From the IMG/VR virus record IMGVR_UViG_2728369553_000003: a DNA stretch of 13,931 nucleotides; one strand, 5' to 3'. Shown here one piece after another: positions 8,284 to 13,931 of the stretch. Source of the stretch: a virus (Duplodnaviria > Heunggongvirae > Uroviricota > Caudoviricetes). Each line of letters opens with the position of its first letter. The first letter of the stretch is position 1. The translations under genes were made by a program, and so were the position numbers. The notes under the pieces are model-generated. The model was not told where the DNA came from. It did not search any database and was given only the letters and a program-made list of their open reading frames with translations.

Positions 8284-8606
8284 ACTTTCAGACCCCTCTC
8301 ATGTAACCAGTGGGCTGCACGCAGCCTGGCGTTTTCCTCACCGGCAAGCAGTGAGCGGATAATCCCGACCGCCTCGCTGTCGTCGTCCTTCACCGCGGTA
8401 TGAAGCGTTATCCCCCGGGCCACACCACGCTTTATCGTGATGACGCCTTTTTTCTCCAGTGCGCGAAGATGCTCCACCGCTGCATTCACTGAACGATATC
8501 CCAGCATGGTTGCCACCTCCTGATTGGTTGGCGGAAAGCCACGCTCTTTCTGGTAAGAAATCAGCATATCCAGCACCTGCTGCTGGCATTGAGTTAACGT
8601 CGTCAT
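8280..8606 (-). CDS. LexA N-terminal DNA-binding-domain homolog lacking the S24 peptidase domain
   Basis: Residues 4-68 align with the E. coli LexA winged-helix domain at about 50% identity as recalled (LT..QQ.V.D.I......G.PPT..E.A..LG.RS.NAA.EHL.AL..KGVI.I..G..RGI.L). No Ala-Gly cleavage site or Ser/Lys dyad follows; the 40-aa C-tail is unrelated. Translationally coupled on both sides by ATGA overlaps. Confidence 0.8.
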   Translation of the reverse strand: MTTLTQCQQQVLDMLISYQKERGFPPTNQEVATMLGYRSVNAAVEHLRALEKKGVITIKRGVARGITLHTAVKDDDSEAVGIIRSLLAGEENARLRAAHWLHERGLKV

Positions 8607-9256
8607 GCCGCCATCTCCCTGACCAGTTTTTCCGCCTGCTGGCGAACCTGCACCAGAAAGGCTTCACCACATGCCTCAAGTTCATCGCGCCCGATGTAGC
8701 TGATTGCCGGTCCCTTCCAGGTCTTGTCGAAAACAGCAATAGCACCAGCGAAGAAAGCGCCTGTCGGTACCTGCTTCTCGTCTTTCGGGATAAACCAGAC
8801 AGGCAGTTCAAAACCAATACGCCCGCGAATAAAAGCAATATGATCTGCATTTTCCGGCCACCACACTTCGCTGGTGGCAGCTTTGATCAGGAAAACATAG
8901 CGCCCGCCTTTATCACGCATGGCACTGGCATGCTTCATGATGTAACGCATGCCGGTGATGTATTGCCCCTCATGCTGACTGGCGCGGCTGTATGGGGGAT
9001 TACCAAAGGCAGCACCTTTAAGCTCCGCAAGACGTTCTGACCAGTCATGCGCCAGCGCGTTGTCTTCCGCCGTGTAATACGCGGCACATTTGGCGTTATC
9101 ACCGTCAGTGAACAGATCCAGAACAAACGGGCCAAACAGGGTGTTAATTCCCCAGAAAATGTTGTCCGGCGTGCGCCACTGATCGCCCACTTCCTTCAGT
9201 TCATGGGCTGGTTTGTTCCGCAGTTCCACCAGCGCCTGGCAATATTTATTACTCAT
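8603..9256 (-). CDS. Phage Dam-family DNA N6-adenine methyltransferase
   Basis: Catalytic NPPY motif (FGNPPYS) and an N-terminal WRTPDNIF...LDLFTD segment. The likely start is the ATG at 9254-9256 (GGGGG SD, overlaps the upstream TAA); the tracker start at 9289 is GTG. Confidence 0.8.
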   Translation of the reverse strand: MSNKYCQALVELRNKPAHELKEVGDQWRTPDNIFWGINTLFGPFVLDLFTDGDNAKCAAYYTAEDNALAHDWSERLAELKGAAFGNPPYSRASQHEGQYITGMRYIMKHASAMRDKGGRYVFLIKAATSEVWWPENADHIAFIRGRIGFELPVWFIPKDEKQVPTGAFFAGAIAVFDKTWKGPAISYIGRDELEACGEAFLVQVRQQAEKLVREMAA

Positions 9257-9744
9257 TAAGCCCCCACGTAATTCCCTGACAGATACCACTCTTCACCCGA
9301 TGCAGCGCGCTTGCTGCTTTTCCGTAAGCACCGCTCACGACGCGCCAGAAAATTGTTTCGCTCTTGCTGGGAGTGGCTTTCACGGAATGCCGCCATCCAC
9401 ACCGTTGCAGCACGACGGTATAAGCCCCTGGACTCCAGTTCTTCCGCCTGGCGGGTCAGGCACAAAATCTCCCGCGGGTCGTTAGTGCCGACATAGAAAT
9501 TGCGCACAGGTCTGGTTTCACGAACTGGTTGCGGTTCCGCCTCCTGCGCTCTCTCAGTCAGGCGCGGGAAATGTCTGCGTGTATCCCCTTCACAACGGTG
9601 AGCCACACGACCACTCTGACGTAACTTGCTTGCTGACTGCAGAACGCGCTGCCGTGAGTAACCTGCAAAAGCATCCGCAATGTCTCCGGAAGTACACCCC
9701 GGATGGGCTTCAATGTATTTCTGAACTTCATTCAAAAGACTCAT
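9256..9744 (-). CDS. Hypothetical 162-aa regulator-like protein (tentative resemblance to PerC-family activators)
   Basis: ATG at 9742-9744 with a GGGGGTG SD, 2 nt after the O-like stop. The C-terminal segment AEELESRGLYRRAATVWMAAF is recalled as PerC-like; this is unverified. It sits where lambdoid phages normally carry a helicase loader. Confidence 0.45.
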   Translation of the reverse strand: MSLLNEVQKYIEAHPGCTSGDIADAFAGYSRQRVLQSASKLRQSGRVAHRCEGDTRRHFPRLTERAQEAEPQPVRETRPVRNFYVGTNDPREILCLTRQAEELESRGLYRRAATVWMAAFRESHSQQERNNFLARRERCLRKSSKRAASGEEWYLSGNYVGA

Positions 9745-9746
9745 GA

Positions 9747-10837
9747 TCACCCCCTGAATCCTGCCGGGATCTGGCTGTAGTCCACGTTGTCGTAACTGGC
9801 TTTGAAGTACGGGTCTTCGCGTTTTTCGGTGTACGTGCTGACGGACGGCGATAAGCGCAGGGAAAGCTCATCCCATTTTTCCCGCAGCTTCGACGGGCTG
9901 AGCACGTTACGGCACCAGAACGGATCGCGGCTGACGCGGCTGTACATCTCGCAGATTTGTTTGTGAGTACGACCATCCTGCACACACATCAGGCGAATTT
10001 CGTTTGCCCAGGCTGTCCAGTTCGGTTCTTTGGGACGAACCACCTCGCCGTCACATTCGGCGGCTTGCTCGTACAGGGCGATGATTTTTTTCCAGAGCCA
10101 CTGTGCGCAGGTCAAATCATCCTGCGTTCCCCACTGGCGCTTTTTAGGGCTGAATACAACCGCATCAGGATGGCGAGTTAAAAAATCCTGTTCATCCGTC
10201 TGCGTGTCCGGTTGCGAAGCGTCCGGACGAGAAGGTTTTTTATCTGACGGATCATGTTTTGATTTTACTGACGGATCCCCGCCAGATTCTGACGGGTGAA
10301 AACCCGCTTTTTTGCCAGATTTCNNNNNNNNNNCTCCTGTTCAGCCGTCTGCGTGTCCGGTTGCGAAGCGTCCGGACGAGAAGTTTTTTTATCTGACGGA
10401 TCATGTTTTGATTTTACTGACGGATCCCCGCCAGATTCTGACGGGTGAAAACCCGCTTTTTTGCCAGATTTCGACGCATCAAATTTTGACGGGTCAGATT
10501 TTGATGCGTCAGATTTTGACGGGTCAGAATCTGACAGTTGAGAAAATGCCGCTGCCTGAAGCTTCGCAACGTTAAGCTGATAAACATTCGACGCATTGCG
10601 GTTACCCTGGCGACGCGCCTTACGCGTTAACCAGCCTTCTGCTTCCAGCCGTGCGATAGCCGTCCTGACGGTACTCATCCCCGCGCCAATCTGACGGGCA
10701 ATAGTTTCAATTGATGGCCAGCACACACCTTCGTCATTACTGAAATCAGCCAGGCGGGCCATAATTGCCACGCTGGATAATTTCATGCCTGACGCAGCGC
10801 AACCATCCCATACATAGCCGGTTAATTTAGTGCTCAT
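9747..10837 (-). CDS. O-like replication initiator, apparently split by a 10-N gap and an unmerged 138-bp contig overlap
   Basis: N-terminal winged-helix domain (10561-10837), then a repeat-encoded SDPSK/SDASK linker, then a C-terminal domain (9747-10185). The tracker reports two ORFs (10265..10837 and 9747..10115, the latter with a TTG start). Collapsing the duplicated 138-bp copies restores one in-frame ORF of about 313 aa. Confidence 0.65.
10186..10472. repeat. 138-bp direct repeat (10186-10323 and 10335-10472) flanking a 10-N gap; probable unmerged contig overlap
   Basis: The copies are identical except for two positions (10195 T vs 10344 G; 10235 G vs 10384 T). The 149-nt offset breaks the frame as presented, but the frame is restored if one copy is removed. 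Confidence 0.7.
10391..10540. repeat. Iteron-like repeats inside the O-like gene (candidate origin of replication)
   Basis: Five tandem 15-bp units at 10464-10538 (consensus about TCAGATTTTGACGGG), plus spaced CTGACGG motifs at about 10393, 10417 and 10437. Lambda ori likewise lies in iterons within O. Confidence 0.5.
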
Positions 10838-10846
10838 GACCGACCT

Positions 10847-11185
10847 CTATTTCCCTGAATTTACGACGAAACTGTTCGAGCGGGCTGAAGCACTCATGCT
10901 CATAGCCTTCGCGGAGGTAGATAACTCGTTGTGTTTCCGGCTCCCAACGAATGACTCTGACGGGCACTCCGTAGTGATCTTTGAACCAGCGGTTAACTTG
11001 TCGCAAAGGACTGTCTCCTTCTGCCGGTTGAAATCACCCACAGCCCACTCAGCAAAGCTGTGGGTTACAATTTCCCTGTCACCTGGTACATTAACTGCAT
11101 AGCAATACTCCACCTTCGCTTTTCCACCCGGTACAGGAAGCGCAATCAGTTGCGAGCGACGGAAGTGTGTTGTTAAACTGTTCAT
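10847..11185 (-). CDS. Hypothetical 112-aa protein between the CII-like and O-like genes
   Basis: ATG at 11183-11185 overlaps the CII-like stop (ATGA). Its stop lies 9 nt before the O-like ATG, with an AGG in between. The C-terminal 25 residues are low-complexity. Confidence 0.45.
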   Translation of the reverse strand: MNSLTTHFRRSQLIALPVPGGKAKVEYCYAVNVPGDREIVTHSFAEWAVGDFNRQKETVLCDKLTAGSKITTECPSESFVGSRKHNELSTSAKAMSMSASARSNSFVVNSGK

Positions 11186-11778
11186 GCGTTAGTTTCTCCA
11201 CAGTCACGACACGCCACGGCGCCCGGAGCTGCACACTCGCGGGCGTCATTACTTTCTGAAATGCAAAAGATTTTGTAGACCAGTGCTGCATGCTCCTGCA
11301 GCTTCGAAATTGAGAGATACAGCTCGTCGTTAATTGCTGTCTTCTCATGCGGTTCCACCACACCGTCTTCGATTGCCGAACGAATCTGTCTGGAATAACT
11401 GCCAATCTGTTCAATGACTTCCAGCAGGCGCTGGTTAATATCGGCGTTGTCCACATCCTCGACGTCAGGAAGAGATACAAAGACGCCATTTGCAGACTGC
11501 GCCACAGCGTCAGCAATGAAGTGAGTTCCACCAGCACGTTGCAAAATCATTGCCCATCCCAGCGGGAAAATCTGATCGCCATCGGCACGAAGGCGGTTAA
11601 ATAATGCGTTTTCTGTTACATCCAGCCAGTCAGCTGCTTCAGCGTAACCACCCGGCAACGCTGCGATAGTTTTTCTGACAGCTTTCACGTACCACTCAGG
11701 CTGTTTTTCTACTTTCCAGTGATGCTTACCCACGGTTAGCCTCATCGTTCTGTGGTTTCTGTTAATCGATTTATCCAT
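11182..11778 (-). CDS. CII-like early regulator (phage regulatory CII / YdaT-type); start uncertain
   Basis: About 200 aa directly downstream of cro, in the cII position. The tracker start at 11847 is GTG and lies inside cro. Candidate ATG starts are at 11788-11790 and 11776-11778; the latter overlaps the cro stop (ATGGATAA). Confidence 0.5.
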   Translation of the reverse strand: MDKSINRNHRTMRLTVGKHHWKVEKQPEWYVKAVRKTIAALPGGYAEAADWLDVTENALFNRLRADGDQIFPLGWAMILQRAGGTHFIADAVAQSANGVFVSLPDVEDVDNADINQRLLEVIEQIGSYSRQIRSAIEDGVVEPHEKTAINDELYLSISKLQEHAALVYKIFCISESNDARECAAPGAVACRDCGETNA

Positions 11779-11971
11779 TAGATTTTTCATAAAGCTCAGG
11801 TTTAAATGGCAACCGTCCGCAAGTTCTATATGCAGCTTCTGCTGCACGTCCTTTTGGAATTAACTGGCCCGGACGGTTTCGCCACTGATAAACGGCTTCA
11901 GTTGTTATGCCGAAAAAAGCAGCAACTTTCTCAATACTGCCGAAGTAGCTTTCGATATCGTCAGTTGTCAT
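11771..11971 (-). CDS. cro: Cro-like HTH repressor
   Basis: 66-aa HTH protein divergent from the cI-like gene. ATG at 11969-11971 with a GGAGG 4 nt upstream. Confidence 0.8.
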   Translation of the reverse strand: MTTDDIESYFGSIEKVAAFFGITTEAVYQWRNRPGQLIPKGRAAEAAYRTCGRLPFKPELYEKSNG

Positions 11972-12068
11972 ACGCCCTCCAAACTAAGTTTTATTAGATG
12001 CTAATTACAAATCTATCTTTGGTCAATAAAAACTAAGATTACTTAGCAATTCAAGAAATGGTGCTCCT
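11972..12068. promoter_or_regulatory. OR-like divergent control region with a PR-like promoter and CTAAG-based operator candidates
   Basis: Minus-strand TTGACC-17nt-TAGCAT (plus 11998-12026) upstream of the cro SD. Inverted repeat CTAAG-ATTA-CTTAG at 12033-12046 and a near-copy CTAAG-TTTT-ATTAG at 11984-11997. AACTAAG occurs at 11982 and 12031. Confidence 0.5.
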
Positions 12069-12695
12069 ATGGAAACGGTTGGTCAGCGTATAAAAGCTCT
12101 GAGAAGAGTTACCGGAACGTCCCAGAAAGAATTGGGTAAATTTTGTGGAGTAAGCGACGTTGCTGTGGGGTACTGGGAGAAAGACATCAATACCCCTGGT
12201 GGGGAGGCACTTTCGAAATTAGCGAAGTTCTTCAATACGTCAATAGATTACATTCTTTATGGTGCTGAGTTTGAAGGCAAACTCGTCACAAACATGCGCA
12301 GAGTTCCTGTAATATCGTGGGTTCAGGCTGGGCAGTTTACTGAGTGCAGGGCAGCAGAAGTGTTTAGTGAAGTGGACAAGTGGGTAGATACATCATTAAA
12401 GATTGGTGATAACTCATTTGCATTAGAGGTTAAAGGTGACTCCATGACTAACCCTAATGGCCTCCCAACAATACCAGAAGGCGCAACAGTGATTGTAGAT
12501 CCAGATGCAGAACCTCGTCATGGAAAAATAGTCATCGCTCGACTTGATGGAACAAACGAAGCTACAGTAAAAAAATTAGTCATCGATGGCCCTCAAAAGT
12601 TTTTAGTGCCATTAAATCCTCGGTATCCCAACATCCCTATCAATGGTAATTGCCTTATCATTGGTGTAGTCAAAGGAGTTCAATACGAACTCTAA
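12069..12695 (+). CDS. cI: cI-like prophage repressor (XRE HTH plus S24 LexA-type autopeptidase domain)
   Basis: N-terminal HTH (QKELGKFCGVSDVAVGYWE), Ala-Gly cleavage site (VQAGQF), catalytic Ser in GDSM and Lys in TVKKL. Divergent from cro. Confidence 0.9.
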   Translation: METVGQRIKALRRVTGTSQKELGKFCGVSDVAVGYWEKDINTPGGEALSKLAKFFNTSIDYILYGAEFEGKLVTNMRRVPVISWVQAGQFTECRAAEVFSEVDKWVDTSLKIGDNSFALEVKGDSMTNPNGLPTIPEGATVIVDPDAEPRHGKIVIARLDGTNEATVKKLVIDGPQKFLVPLNPRYPNIPINGNCLIIGVVKGVQYEL

Positions 12696-12777
12696 GACCT
12701 CTCTTCTCTAACTAAGGCACCGAACTAAGAAAAGTTTGGTGTTTTCTCTTGCCATAATAACTAAGTTAAGTTAGATT
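12692..12777 (+). promoter_or_regulatory. OL/pL-like region: three AACTAAG repeats and a TTGCCA-17-TAGATT promoter
   Basis: AACTAAG at 12710, 12723 and 12759; CTAAG also overlaps the cI stop at 12692. Candidate -35 TTGCCA (12749-12754) and -10 TAGATT (12772-12777), with one AACTAAG copy in the spacer. Confidence 0.45.
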
Positions 12778-12879
12778 TTATATCAAAGATAACGAACAGG
12801 CAGGACGCCCACGAAGTAGCCGCCGGTGGCGTATGAATGACCGGATGATTCGTTAAATACTATGTGTAAGAGAGCGCAA

Positions 12880-13083
12880 ATGAACCGTTATTTCACATGC
12901 TCGTTTTGTGGAGCAAACGAGCTGCAGGCAAAAAAAATCATCGCCAAAGGCGGAAAAGATGAAGTTGCTATCTGCTCTGAGTGCGTAGTCTTGTGTGTCG
13001 GGGCATTAATCAATATCAGCACAACTATTCAGTTCACACCAAATGAGAATGCGCCTTTAGATGCGCGGAAATCTGGAGGTTAA
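12880..13083 (+). CDS. Small ClpX-type C4 zinc-finger protein (67 aa)
   Basis: YFTCSFCG...KKIIAKGGKDEVAICSECVVLC matches the ClpX N-terminal zinc-binding domain pattern (CSFCG...ICDEC). ATG at 12880-12882 is preceded by AAGAGAG; the tracker start at 12862 lacks an SD. Confidence 0.6.
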   Translation: MNRYFTCSFCGANELQAKKIIAKGGKDEVAICSECVVLCVGALINISTTIQFTPNENAPLDARKSGG

Positions 13084-13091
13084 AGAACAAA

Positions 13092-13367
13092 ATGAAAGTC
13101 CAGATTTTAAACAATAGTGGTGAAGTCGTTTGGTCATACGACATAGCCGCTCCTGTAGATCAGAGCGGCGATAGCTGGACCAATGGGAAACATCAGATTA
13201 TGGCTGGAGTTGTGTTCTCTTTACGCCGTGCTTTAGAACAGGCTGAAGTCTTTCCATCAGACCCTGAATGGAAATGGCCTTTTTCTATTTGTCCAAATTC
13301 GGAGAGTACATTTCAGAAAATTGGTCAGAAAGTCGCACTCGAAGAGCATCAGCCAACTGTTTCCTGA
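13092..13367 (+). CDS. Hypothetical 91-aa protein
   Basis: ATG at 13092-13094 with a GGAGG 12 nt upstream, 8 nt after the previous stop. Its 3' end overlaps a convergent minus-strand ORF by 83 nt, so its true extent is uncertain. Confidence 0.4.
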   Translation: MKVQILNNSGEVVWSYDIAAPVDQSGDSWTNGKHQIMAGVVFSLRRALEQAEVFPSDPEWKWPFSICPNSESTFQKIGQKVALEEHQPTVS

Positions 13368-13530
13368 TTTTTTCAGGTAACTCGTCGGCATCGCAGAAAC
13401 AACAACGCTCGATCATGTTGAAAGCCGATTCGTAGAACTGTTTTTGCTGAGTGTCGCTGAGACAGGAAAAGAGCGACGTTACGATGATTTTATTAATTGC
13501 ATTATCAAGTTCTTTTTCATCAAAAGTCAT
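13285..13530 (-). CDS. Hypothetical 81-aa protein (convergent to the pL-side genes)
   Basis: ATG at 13528-13530 with an AAGGA 7 nt upstream. Helical-looking sequence with a CCFC motif. Confidence 0.45.
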   Translation of the reverse strand: MTFDEKELDNAINKIIVTSLFSCLSDTQQKQFYESAFNMIERCCFCDADELPEKIRKQLADALRVRLSDQFSEMYSPNLDK

Positions 13531-13909
13531 TTGATTTTCCTTTTATGTATACGGGCTTAAAAGGATACCACCGAGCCTGAAGTGGTGAAAAGACAGGCAC
13601 ATAACAGCTAAGTATTTTCAACCAGAGAGAATCCTTAGCGTTGTGGTGAATGCGGCTCAGCGCACGCGGGTTAAGGTTGAGGCTGACAGTCGACCTTCTG
13701 TGGATACCCACCCGTCTGGTGTGCAACCTTCGCCAGACACCGGGAGGCACCCGGAACCACAACTTTATGCTGTGTGTAGTCTTGACGGTACCAGTTTGTA
13801 CCCTTGCTTCCGGCTGGTACCATCCTTTTTACAAAACAGAGAAGTGATCTTACCCAGCAATAGTGGACACGCGGCTAAGTGAGTAAACTCTCAGTCAGAG
13901 GTGACTCAC

Positions 13910-13931
13910 ATGACAAAAACAGTATCAACCA
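13910..13931 (+). CDS. 5' end of an unidentified CDS (MTKTVST...), continuing beyond the window
   Basis: ATG at 13910-13912 with a GAGGTGA 5 nt upstream; only 7 codons are visible. Confidence 0.35.

Noticed and set aside
8338-8850. 170-aa minus-strand ORF overlapping the LexA-like and Dam genes in another frame
   Set aside because: Low-complexity, Arg/Ser/Gly-rich translation lying entirely inside two well-supported, translationally coupled genes; treated as an alternative-frame artefact.
10312-10596. Plus- and minus-strand ORFs with QILTGQ or RQNLT repeat peptides
   Set aside because: These are other-frame readings of the iteron repeats inside the O-like gene, not independent genes.
11091-11537. 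148-aa minus-strand ORF in the CII-like gene region
   Set aside because: Alternative frame of the CII-like gene; no independent start signal, and the CII-like frame is supported by coupling to cro and to the downstream ORF.
12785-12880. nutL (boxA/boxB) or put-like RNA element between the pL-like promoter and the first gene
   Set aside because: No boxA-like CGCTCTT(A) motif and no convincing 5-bp-stem GNRA-type pentaloop hairpin could be found by eye; only weak imperfect stems.
13531-13909. Retron ncRNA or an N-like antiterminator gene in the GC-rich stretch
   Set aside because: No flanking a1/a2-type inverted repeats or adjacent reverse-transcriptase gene are visible, and the Arg-containing 79-aa ORF is near-neutral and low-complexity, unlike N proteins; left as an unexplained region instead.
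1-13931. CRISPR arrays, tRNA or rRNA genes, IS elements, integrase
   Set aside because: No short direct repeats with unique spacers, no tRNA-like cloverleaf candidates, no transposase-like ORFs or terminal inverted repeats were seen; the integrase and attachment site presumably lie outside this window.

Overview
This window reads as one contiguous segment of a lambdoid (enterobacterial-type) prophage, with almost every gene on the minus strand. Running from high to low coordinates: a cI-like S24 repressor (+) diverges from cro, followed by a CII-like regulator, an O-like replication initiator with intragenic iteron-like repeats, a phage Dam-family methyltransferase, a LexA DNA-binding-domain-only protein, RusA, a KilA-N antirepressor-like protein, a DUF968-like protein, a Q-like late antiterminator with a pR'/tR'-like control region, a lysis cassette (holin, lambda-R-like endolysin, Rz/Rz1), an HNH endonuclease and the small and large terminase subunits. 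Two AT-rich moron cassettes interrupt the late region: a very acidic 111-aa protein between Q and the holin, and a 74-aa protein after Rz. Four N-runs are assembly gaps; the one at 10324-10333 is flanked by a 138-bp direct repeat and most likely splits a single O-like gene. All family assignments come from motifs and recalled homology read off the translations, not from searches. The points most worth follow-up are the acidic moron, the LexA-DBD-only protein, a ClpX-type zinc-finger mini-protein downstream of a pL-like promoter, and the CTAAG-based operator motifs flanking cI.
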